Below, piece after piece: positions 26,299 through 38,199 of a stretch of DNA of 64,000 nt. Numbering within the stretch: the stretch's first letter is position 1; each line of letters opens with the position of its first letter. This stretch comes from Octopus vulgaris (lineage: Eukaryota): positions 38,998,001 to 39,062,000 of the forward strand of contig OX597836.1 of the NCBI GenBank assembly GCA_951406725.2. Reading direction: 5' to 3'. Both the position numbers and the translations under genes were made by a program. Below the pieces are notes generated by a model, which saw only the letters and a list, made by a program, of their open reading frames with translations, did not search any database and was not told where the DNA came from.

Positions 26299-27793
26299 AA
26301 AATCAAATACTCTCAGTTGCATCGTGTAAATTTATAAATAATTTCTTTTTACATAGCTGTCAATAATTTAATATATTGAATTAGTGTTTAACTACCCTAA
26401 ATCATAAATCTCCATATACACAGCAAACAGCGAGAACCAAAATGATGATTTACCTATTTATACTTACTTAGAATGTTCTGGCAGGTTCGAACGCGAAAAT
26501 GCTAGTCGCTGTTGCGTTTCATCTCACGAGAAAAACGCCTTTAAGATGAGTGTGTTCACAACACGCTCATTTCATTAGCATCAGGAGACGTTAGGACACC
26601 AGTTGTTTTGACATCATTTTTCCTCCTCAGCCAAAACTATTCTGGACTAATGAATCTAACAAGATTTCGTAGCTCTCACTTATAAATTCAGCAAGCAAAT
26701 TATTTACTGCTACATGCTAATATCTGTCAACCGACAATAGATCCTCATATGCTCAGTGAACAACTAAAAAAAAACCCCCGATAACTTACATATTTTTTCT
26801 TAATACGTTCTGGTAGATTCGATCGTGACTATGCTAATCTTTGTTCTGTTTCGTCTCAGAAAACAACTCCTTTAAGACACATGTGTTCATGACACATTTT
26901 ATTCATTAACGCCCATGCATGTGGATCCGAATCGACCTTCGTTGACTGAAAGTGTTCTTTATGTCCTAAAGTAAAGAAATTACTTGTCAGCCGTCGAACT
27001 GTTGTGTGCGTATGTGCAAGTGTTCATGTGTGTATGAGCATATGTGTGTATGTGTATATGCGTGTGCATGTGAGTATGTGTGTGTATATGTGTGTATGTG
27101 TATGTGGGTGGACATGTGTATATGCTTGTGTATGTGTATATTTCTGAGTATGTGTATATTTCTGTGTATGTCTATATGTATGTGCTTTGAATATCTGATA
27201 AACGCTGAATTCTTGCTAAAATCTACTAAGTAGGATAAAGTAAGTACTTAAATATTTATAACCTGTCTGGAACCAGATTTCAACTAACCACTCCTTATCT
27301 TTTAACTTGACCTTCTCCTCTTTCTTCAATCCACAACACTGTCACATCTACTTATCTTGCTATCTGATTCCCATTACTGTACCTAACTATCAATTTCTCT
27401 ATGGTAGTCTATTAACTGAAAATCGTAATTCGTAACTTCACTTTCTGGCTCAACACTCCTTACCTTACTGTTAAAAAAAACCTTAACCTTTCACTTAAAT
27501 TCCTTGTTGAATATACTTTGTCTTGTAACTTGATACCCTAATTTTTCATCTAACTCTAACAATTTCATCTCCCTATATTTCACCTACTGTAGTTACATTC
27601 TCATTTTCCTATGATAAATCCATAATGGAAAAACCGGTTAGAATGTGAGTTAAAATGATTTAATATACCGAAATGAAATATTACACTTGTTTTTGTTGTC
27701 TTTTATTGTACATTTACCTCGTTACCTTTATTTAACTATGTATGTATGTATGTATGTATGTATGTATGTATGTATGTATGTATGTATGTATGT

Positions 27794-28342
27794 CAGGTCA
27801 CTTTCGAGTGCTACTGGTAACATGTAACCCAGTACAACCTGTTGCATGGTCGGGTCATCGGCGACTAAACCGGCAACCCCACCAAGCTTGATTGGTGAGG
27901 AGGGTGTTTATTGGACACCCTGCGGGATGAAAAACAAAACCCGTCAAAGGGCGGAGGAATTCTTGAGAGTCAACGGCCATCCAATAAATGCCTTAAGGCT
28001 GTATCATATGCGGGGACAGAAATAATCGAACTGAATACCCGATCGCGCGGTTAAACCATTGGGAGTGAAGGACTCCTAGCTTTTGTCAGGTCATCCTTCT
28101 AGGAGAAGGTAACTCAAGAAACTGGGATAACTCCGACATAAAACCTGCGATTCGGTGGTTACCGATGATGTTGACTTGTTCTTCTTTTCGGATTATGGCT
28201 GCTGTTGCTTAGTGAGTGGGATTGACTCAGTGCACAGCCTTTCCTCACTTTAAAAAAAATCTTCTTGCACAGGCATTGCACGATAACAACATTGATTAAG
28301 CTTCGTGCAATGGCCATACTGGATAACGAGGGGGCAGCCACC
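27794..28342 (+). mobile_element. GC-richer, hairpin-rich ~550-bp element in (TGTA)n, probably RTE 5'UTR-derived and non-autonomous
   Basis: Contains catccttctaggagaaggtaactc, resembling the CTAGGAGAAGGAAAACTC motif of RTE 5' UTRs. It has multiple hairpins, is flanked by (TATG)n and has no recognisable coding ORF. Confidence 0.5.
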
Positions 28343-28529
28343 ATGTATGTATGTGTATTCTTCTCTTTCTCTTCTTAATTAAGAGTAAATTTTGACCGGT
28401 CCCTATTTCGTAGCAAGGTTGTGAAGGAAAGCATCTTGTTTTAAAGCATCATCTTTTAAATCTTAAGTAGGTCTTGGAAATACTTAATAGTCCCAGATAT
28501 CGTGAGATGTATGTATACGGAAAGAGAAA

Positions 28530-28588
<59 letters not shown>

Positions 28589-28594
<6 letters not shown>

Positions 28595-28992
28595 AATAAG
28601 AGACAAAACCACTATTATGCAAATCAAACAAAGAAAGACTTAAGCCAATACATAAAATAATTTATATAAATTTATATAAATTTATATAAAATAATTTATA
28701 TAAATTAAAATTTAACAAATTTGACTTCATAGTTTATAACTCGCTAAGAAGGTTTAGAAACCACCTGAAGAATGTCTAAGATGTGCTGACACGAAACGAT
28801 CGTAGTGGTTATTCATTTGTTAAATTTTAATTTATATAAATTTTTTTATGTATTGGCTTAAGTCTTTCTTTGTTTGATTTGCATAATAGTGGTTTTGTCT
28901 CTTATTTATTATAATATAATATTTTATTATAAAATTGGATTCAATCTTAAATCTGATTTTTCCTTGTAAATTTGGATTTATTCCCTAATATT
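28589..28992 (+). mobile_element. Penelope-like pLTR with inverted partial copy (fold-back) in (TA)n
   Basis: Inverted arms 28589-28720 / 28815-28912 enclose a hammerhead. The same family occurs at 44841-45258 and 32847-32950(-). Confidence 0.7.
28759..28810 (+). ncRNA. Minimal type-I hammerhead ribozyme motif
   Basis: aaccac-CTGAAGA-atgtc-taagatgtgct-gacac-GAAA-cgatcg-TA-gtggtt: perfect 6-bp stem I, palindromic stem III (ACGATCGT), GUA triplet. The first pair of stem II is A.C (likely G>A decay). Confidence 0.8.
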
Positions 28993-28995
28993 TAT

Positions 28996-29098
<103 letters not shown>

Positions 29099-29133
29099 AG
29101 ATTCAAAGTTACATATATATATGTGTGTGTATA

Positions 29134-29221
<88 letters not shown>

Positions 29222-29306
29222 TATGTATGTATATGTAGGTCCCGGGTTGAGTCGGGGTTAACCACAGTAAATAAGTGTATAAGTGCCAAAACTATTCTTG
29301 ACGCCA

Positions 29307-29357
29307 AGCTTCCTGATGATTTCATTTGAATGAAACAGTTCTAGTCCTGTAGAAGCT
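29307..29357 (+). ncRNA. Type-I hammerhead ribozyme motif in a ~140-bp island (29236-29375) in (TA)n
   Basis: agcttc-CTGATGA-tttcatttgaat-GAAA-cag-ttctagtc-ctg-TA-gaagct: perfect 6-bp stem I, 4-bp stem III, short stem II lacking the G-C closure. Confidence 0.72.
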
Positions 29358-29392
29358 CCTTCTATAAAATAAATATATATTTATGTATGTTT

Positions 29393-29543
<151 letters not shown>

Positions 29544-29924
29544 GTAGTCATATATAATTTTATTTGATTGGTATCAAACTTTGGTATAAACCCTCGGCAC
29601 AAGAAACCAATATCGATTGTCCTTACGCAAATTTAAAATTAAATTTATCTTCATTTTCTCAAATGTTTCCCATTTCCTGTTTATATCTAAACGAGTTCTG
29701 ATAATTTAATCAATCCAGTAAATTTATATCTTCGTTCATTGTCACTCGGACGATGATAAATCCTTGTTTCAAAAAAAGTCTGACATGAATGTGAACGGAT
29801 ATCGTTAATATATCTAATTATAAATGACTAGCATTTTATAGATATTAAAGTAATAATCGTACTTTTTCATATCATTTGTATCTTATTTATTCATATTTAT
29901 ATCTTTTTAGTACGTGTTTTTTTT

Positions 29925-30351
29925 TGTTCTCTTTTACTCTTTTACTTGTTTCAGCCATTTGACTGCGGCCATGCTGGAGCACCGCCTTTAGTCGAGCAAA
30001 TCGATCCCGGGACTTATTCTTTGTAAGCCTAGTAATTATTCCATCGGTCTCTTTTTGCCGAAGCGCTAAGTGACGGGGACATAAACACACCAGCATCGGT
30101 TGTCAAGCAATGCTAGGGGGACAAACATAGACACACAAACAAACACAGACACACAAACATACACACACATATATATACACATAGATACGACGGGCTTCTT
30201 TCAGTTTCCGTCTACCAAATCCACTCACAAGGCTTTGGTCAGCCCGAAGCTATAGTGGGAGACACTTGCCTAAGGTGCCACGTAGTGGGACTGAACCCGA
30301 AACCATATGGTTGGTAAGCAAGCTACTTACCACACAGCCACTTCTGCGCCC
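29925..30351 (-). mobile_element. SINE family B, full-length
   Basis: Head GGGCGCAGAAGTGGCTGTGTGGTAAGTAGC..GGGTTCAGTCCCACT, internal TG/TA microsatellite, tail (GTAAAAGA)2. Confidence 0.88.
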
Positions 30352-31473
30352 ATTTATTTTAATTTTTATTTTTAGTCAGTTTTTTACTTCGTCTTTTTCT
30401 CCCTTTATATGAATAATGAAGTCAGTTAAATTCGTTGTTTTTGCAATTAATTAAATATCATTAACAAATAAAATATCTGAGTTCTTTCTTTCTTTATATT
30501 TCTTTCCACCAGCCATTTACAAATATGTTTATGTGTCTGTTTATCTTAATCAATCATCGAAATTTCTTTTGTTTTAACTCAGTATATATTATATCTGCTG
30601 AATTATATTGATTCGTACATAAAATATTGCGTGAAACTCAAACATTATACGCTATCAACTAAATATTTCATACAACCTATTATAATGTTTCTTTAGAGAT
30701 GATTCTGGTCTTACTGTTCTCTAGAAGATTCTTCTTGATCTTCTTGAACGGTCTTTGTGATTCTGATTTCGATTAACGATTATCACCGCAAATGAATTCC
30801 AAAAGTTTACACGTAAAATAAATATGGAAATCGGATCGCATTCTGTTACACGTAAAACATCGTCTGCTTCACACTACTATTCAGTAACCAGTCTCTACAC
30901 GCTTCTATTTAAATTGCCATAAATAAATTTGATTAATCTAGAAACAACGTTTTTCCCATGTTTACAGACTCCAAACAAATTTACAAACACCATCTTTTTT
31001 TTTATGAAAAAAAAAAAATATTTATATTGCAGAAGAGAAGAAAAAAAAATGTTTCATAACATACAATGCAATTTTCTTCACCACACACTGTCCCTGAATA
31101 TTTAAAAGAGCGATGGATGACCTGCCAAATTTTCCTGACGAAATTTATAATTATGTACTGAAACTAAAAGAAATATACGTCTTTTTTTTTTTATTTTTTG
31201 CTGCTTTTTCACATGTTATTCTTAGCTGTTTTTTTACGATTGATACGGTTTTATTTATAGTGTATTCCAGCTATTTGCAATCATTATCTTTTCAAGTACC
31301 AAATACCATGCCAATTTCGTGAGAGGGCTGGTTTCCAATATTATAGTGGGACACTTGCCTAAAATCATTAATACTTTCTTACGCCAGGATCGAAATCCAC
31401 TCAAGCTTGGCATCTCAAAGTTAAGCTACTAACCATATTATGTAACGCTCTAACCAACAATGTAACACTCCGT

Positions 31474-31871
<398 letters not shown>

Positions 31872-32809
31872 TATATTCACTATTTTCTGAACTAAATAGC
31901 TGTTTCAACGTTAATATTTGCAGATGTCTTTCTTGTTATGCTTGTGGTTTAAGTTGTTGGTTTTTGGGAGATATCCATTACTTAAAATAGGAAGATTGGT
32001 TTCCAAAAACTATTCTATAACACTCTCCCTCTCTACAGTATCTTAATTTTACTGGCAACGATGAAATGTGATACATTTCACGGTATGTCTGAAGTAAAGT
32101 CTAATATACCGCATTAGTTGCAGCGGAACAAAAGGATTGTGTTTTTGGGTGATGAATCAATGGCTTTTTAATAACTAGTATTATAAACGATATTGGAGAA
32201 CAAATGGAGTGTTATCATGTACAGTAAATGTTAGTTACTTGCTGACTTGGCAAAGATTCTTTATATGTCAAGTGAGGAGGAAGGACATTGGATACTTAAG
32301 TTAAAGAGACTTGCCGTCAACCAGGAAATTACACTTAATTTTGAATGTTTCAGAACACCTAGCTACAGAGCTGTTCTTGTAGTTGGTTAATCCTTATTTA
32401 GCACAGATTAATCAAAGTCATGAGCAAGCAATCTGATCGATGCAAATTTCTCCCAGTTTCGACGCATCCTAGACTACGTAATCCACTGCGTACTTCCTTC
32501 GCTTGAGCAATACAGTGTGATTTGAGGTAGATTTAGCTGTTATTTCTCATATTTTGTTTGTTGACAAGGTATACCAAGGTACGACATTGTAAATAATAAA
32601 GTATTCAGCAGGTTATAGGCAATCTTCCCGCTCGATTTGCATCAGTTGTAAAGGTACTATATATGCATACGTGTATTTATATACATGCATACATACATAT
32701 ATACACACATATACACATACACACATGCATACATACACACATACATACATACATACATACATACATACATACATACATACATACATACATACATACATAC
32801 ATACATACA

Positions 32810-32845
<36 letters not shown>

Positions 32846-32948
32846 GTAATTATTTGAGGGAATATTATTCCTAACTTACCTGGAAAAATTAAATTTAGAA
32901 AAAATAAATCAAATTTCACAAAATATAATATATATAAAAATATATAAA

Positions 32949-33093
<145 letters not shown>

Positions 33094-33329
33094 GCTGTTT
33101 CTCGTATACAAGCAAAACCATTGCTAGAAATCATCATTGAAATGAGTCATTGATAATGCAATAAGGGCTTTATACGACTCTTGAGCCCTGCCAAAGATTT
33201 GCACATCTTATTGCATAATGCAAAGCTGCGCTGGTAGAAGGAACTGATGCCACAGTATAAAGACTTTTGTCATATCTTTTTAATTCTCTAACTGAACGGC
33301 ACACCTTTCCACAAGTTGCGCATGTTCCG

Positions 33330-33632
33330 TTATGTACAATAGCCGTCTTGCAATTTACAACCCTGGGATACAGAGGATTCGCAATCTAGATTAGGGTCTG
33401 AAAGTTCACCATGGTTCCTATGCTTTGTGGCAGAAGTAGGAGGAAAGAGTGCGAGAAATTTGTGGTGAAAGAGTACAGCGGGGTTCACCCCCCCCCCCCC
33501 CCACCGCCAGAGCCTCGTGGAGCTTAGGTGCTTTTGCTCAATAAACACTCACAATGCCCGGTCTGGGAATCAAAACCACGTTCTTACGACTGCCCGTCCG
33601 CTGCTCTAACCACTGGGCCATTGCGCCTCCAC
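33330..33632 (-). mobile_element. SINE family C head and centre with a fourth tail type
   Basis: Head GTGGAGGCGCAATGGCCCAGTGGTTAGAGCAGCGGAC, centre aagctccacgaggctctggcgg..gctgtactctttcaccacaaatttctcgcactctttc, then an unrelated tail. Confidence 0.65.
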
Positions 33633-34353
33633 TGCTGCTGTTGTAGTTGTTATTGTTATTGTTGTTGTTTTAATTATTATTGTTGTTACAGTTGCCACTG
33701 CTTTTGTTACAGTTGTTGTTGCTCTTTTTTTCGTTGTTGCTAATGCTACAGATTTCGACGTGTCTCTAACTGTTTTTATAGTCGTTCTTTCGCTGCTAAT
33801 TTTATTGCTATTTCGACTTCTGTTGTTGCTAACTATGCTGTTTTCGTTCTAGCTGCTGTTACACCTGTCTCTGCTCTGTAGCTACGACGACTGCTGTTAT
33901 GTCAATGCTCTCTTTTTAAGCATACCTGTCAACTAAGTATAAAAACCTAATTAAATACTTTAAGATAATGAGGCGACAATAATACACGAATATCATTTCT
34001 AGTAAACCGTTAATCAATACCACCCGTTCATCGAGAAGGGAAAATAAAGGAATTGGGGTGTGAATGGGGATGGGTGAAATCGATATACCGAACGCCCTTT
34101 CAAGGTGAAACCGGGTGGAATTTACTAATTTATAATTGCATAAGATTGTAGAATTCTTTGATACAACAAACGGAATGTCATTGGAATTGACGTTAATCTG
34201 TTTTTGATCAAGTAGAATTAATAAAGACCTACTTATTTTAATCTCTGCGCATGGAATTAGCTTCCGTGATTTTTGTTTTTCTTTTTTTTTTTTCGTTTGT
34301 TAAATTTAGTGTCAAATATGATTTATTTTTAAAGGAAACAATAGATGAATCTG

Positions 34354-34658
34354 CATCATCATCGTCATCGTCATCATCGTCATCATCATCATCATCGTCA
34401 TCATCGTCATCATCGTCATCATCATCATCATCATCGTCATCGTCATCATCGTCACCATCGTCATCGTCGTCATCATCATCATCGTCATCGTCGTCATCAT
34501 CATCATCATCATCATCATCGTCATCGTCATCATCGTCACCATCGTCATCGTCGTCATCATCATCATCGTCATCGTCGTCATCATCATCATCATCATCATC
34601 ATAGTCATCGTCAACATCGTCATCATCATCGTCGTTATCAGCATCATCATCATCATCG

Positions 34659-34696
<38 letters not shown>

Positions 34697-34808
34697 GTTG
34701 TCATCGTCATCGTCATCATCATAATCATCATCATTATCATCATCAACATCATCGTCATCAGCATCGTCATCATCGTCATCATCATCATCGTCATCATCAT
34801 CATCATCA
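34354..34808. repeat. (CAT/CGT)n trinucleotide microsatellite
   Basis: Direct sequence. It is the source of the poly-Asp/Ser/His/Met ORFs. Confidence 0.95.
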
Positions 34809-34962
34809 TAACTAAGGCGGCGAACTAGCGGCAGAATCGTTTGCACGCCGGACAAAATGCTTAGCGGCATTACATCCGGTTTTGCCTTCTGAAGAATTAA
34901 GTACCAGCTAAGCACTGATACTCCATAAATTTTCAGGCCTTGTACCTAGAGTACAAAAGTTG

Positions 34963-35017
<55 letters not shown>

Positions 35018-35117
35018 CGCCGGGGTCAAATTAAATATGTAGCAGTTACGTATTGGGGTCGATGTAATCAACTTAAAACCCTTCTTCCAAATTTCAGGCC
35101 TTGTGCCTACAAGAGAA

Positions 35118-35228
<111 letters not shown>

Positions 35229-35461
35229 GATATTAGTGTATGATTATTGGTATGGTTTCAGAAATTATTGGAGACAATTCAAATTTTCCCTCTCAATAGG
35301 AAAACATCAATTCTTATTCGGAAACCCAGATTAATAATCTTTAGGAACTAATTTACACGAAAATAATTTATTAATAAATGGATCTGCCCGTTTTCATTTC
35401 ACGCTTGTATTGTTCTCCATGTGCCAGCAAAATGAATTATTATTATTATTATTAATATTAC

Positions 35462-35504
<43 letters not shown>

Positions 35505-35754
35505 TTATGTATGACTTTTGCTTTACATTTGTACAAGTTGGCTCCAAGTCTCAAGAGACCCAGAAACCTCAAGAGACAAGTTGAAAGTTCATTAGGCGCC
35601 GAGCTGGCAGAAACGTTAGCACGCCGGGTGAAAAGGCGTAGCCGTATTTCGTCTGCCGTTAGGTTCTGAGTTCAAATTCCGCCGAGGTCGACTTTGCCTT
35701 TCATCCTTTCGGGGTCGATAAATTAAGTACCAGTTACGCACTGGGGTCGATATA

Positions 35755-36548
35755 GCGTGCTTTCACTGCACTACCGAGCACTGCTCTATGTGCCTTGGGT
35801 ATGTGCTATGGTTTGTTGAGATGCTCTTATGTTTGCAGTGCCTGGTAGTGCTATTTTTCTGTATGTTATATGTATTTCTTAGTCCTGGTGTTCTTTGCTA
35901 TATATCTGTCTTATTCAGTAGTCTTATTTTTTTGTCACGTGCTTTCACTGCACCACCGAGCGCAGCTCTGTGTGTCTTGGGCAGGTGCTGAGTTTGTTGT
36001 GGTGCTCTTGTTTTCACTGTAGTGAAAGTGTTTTACGTAGGATGAGGATGTGTGGGTGCTTAGTAGTGCTACTTTCTGTATGTTGTATATACTTATAAGT
36101 CCTGGTGTTTTTGTTATGTATTTGTTTGAATATTTTTTTATCATACCTAATGCGCCTACTATGATAGGAATTGTTTCTGTTTTTTAGGCTCCCCATTCAA
36201 GTTACCTCTATTTCCAGATCTTTGTATTTTGGAAGTTTCTCTGTTTCTTTTAGAGAAACATTGTCATTTGTTGGTATTGATACATCGATTAGAAATCATG
36301 TTTTTTTCTTGGTGATCTCTGACAACTATATCCGGCCCATTGACCTTAACTTCTCTATCTGTGAGTATTGGAATATCCCAGAGTTTGGTTGCTTTCTCAT
36401 TTTCTGTGACCTTTTCTGGCATGTACCTATACCATCTTTTTTCTGTTGTTATTCCATAGTGTTGGCATAGCTTCGAGTGTATATAGTTCCCAACTCTGTC
36501 GCGTCTGGGAATATATTCCTTCTTAGCCAAGATTGGGCATCCTGAGAC
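35755..36548 (-). mobile_element. R4/Dong-clade LINE 3' region: zinc-knuckle end, RLE endonuclease and duplicated 3' UTR
   Basis: VSGCPILAKKEYIPRRDRVGNYIHSKLCQHYGITTEKRWYRYMPEKVTENEKATKLWDIPILTDREVKVNGPDIVVRD.. / FLIDVSIPT.DNVSLKETEKLPKYKDLEIEVT / IPIIVGALGMIKKYSNKYITKTPGL..IQKVALLST.HIL.RKTLSLQ*, with frameshifts. The 3' end is duplicated (35755-35910 vs 35935-36125). Confidence 0.92.
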
Positions 36549-37140
36549 AACCATATGTGCGCGACATGGTGATCTCATATCAAGATAATCAGCTCGTGAC
36601 CTTGCAGTTGGGGCCCAGTTAGAATTTTCTTCTGGTTGAGTAGTCAATCCCGCTCGAATTGTTCCTGAATAAGGATTGCTTAAAGATGTTGAACGAAACA
36701 CCCATGTTTCCAAAGGTGAATTATCCAAACCTCTAAGAATTCCTTTCAACACACGGCTATGATGCTCCCCCACTACTTCTGCTCATGATCAGAGATGCAC
36801 ATATCATCAGCCACTAAGGGACATGCTCAACTGGTTAAGGTCAAGCAACTGACAAGCAAATTTGTGGTATTGAACAAAATATTTGCTTTAGCCTATCTTT
36901 TATACCAAGACAAAACAAAGTATTCTGTCTGCCGCCGTGTTCTGAGTTCAAATTTTATCGACCCCGAAAGGATGAAAAGCAAAGTTGAACTCTAAGCATT
37001 TCGCTAAGCATTTCGTCCAGCGTGCTAACGATTCTGCCAACTCGCTACCTTTTCAATAATAATTTATTCTTTTATTGCCCACAAAATACTTCATCGGAAG
37101 CTGAACGCTCATAGTCGTCTTCGACGAGAGAGAGTCATTA

Positions 37141-37210
<70 letters not shown>

Positions 37211-37712
37211 GGCTGAGAGTTGGCTGAATGGCCGGCACGCCTTCCAAAATAAAATGCTTAGCAGCATTTCGTCCGTCTTTACCTTCTGAGTTCATATCCT
37301 CTCGAGGTTGACTTTGCCATTCTTTCGCCGTCGACAAAATGAGTACCAGTTGAACTCTAGGGTCAATGTAATCGACTTACACTCCTCCCCTAACTTGCTG
37401 GGCTTGTGCCAAAATCTGAAACCATATGATTATTATTTTTATTTGACCAGGAAAATGGTAGAATAGTTAGAGCAACAGACAAAACTCCAAACGCAATATC
37501 TTCCGGCGTTTTACATGTAAGTTCAATTTCTTGCGCGTTCAAATTTACCTTTTATCTGATCAGCGTCGATGAAATACAGTACCAGTCTAATACTGGGGCA
37601 ATGGTTTCGACTAACTCTCCTCTATCAAAGTGCTTTCCTTGAGCTGAAATATGAAGCCCCAGAGTTGTTAGTTCGACGGGGAAAAATGCATAGCATCAAT
37701 TCTTCTAGCTTT

Positions 37713-38080
37713 TTAATTCCTGAGTTCAAATTCCACCAAGGTCAGTTTGTCACTGAGGGGTATCCCTCTGATCTGTTTTATTGGGTTCTGATTGTTAGGG
37801 CTTGTTGTTTGTTTTCATATCATTGACGGTTTGTATAAAATCAAGTTTGGCTTCTATTTTACATTTCATGACTCAAATTAATTTCATTACTCAAATTTCA
37901 TGACTCAAATTAATTCCTGAGTTCAAATTCCACCAAGGCCAGTTTGTCACTGAGGGGTATCCCTCTGATCTGTTTTATTGGGTTCTGATTGTTAGGGTTT
38001 GTTGGTCGTTTTGATATCATTGACGGTTTGTATAAAATCAAGTTTGACTTCTATTTTACATTTCATGACTCAAATTAATT
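37713..38080. repeat. Tandem duplication with ~197-bp period
   Basis: ttaattcctgagttcaaattccaccaagg..cactgaggggtatccctctgatc...tttacatttcatgactcaaattaattt occurs twice (37713 and ~37910). Confidence 0.85.
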
Positions 38081-38199
38081 TTTTTTATGCATGAAGTTAA
38101 ATGCGGCAGACAAGTCTCCCTTACGAAATATGTTAATATAGATTTATTTTGTATTTTTAAATGAAATAATAATTTAATATAAAAATAAACATAATACAA

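Noticed and set aside
34238-34915. 225-aa poly-Asp ORF as an acidic or biomineral protein
   Set aside because: It is a (GAT/GAC)n microsatellite. The N-terminus is antisense SINE A sequence, and several frames are open simply because the repeat lacks stops.
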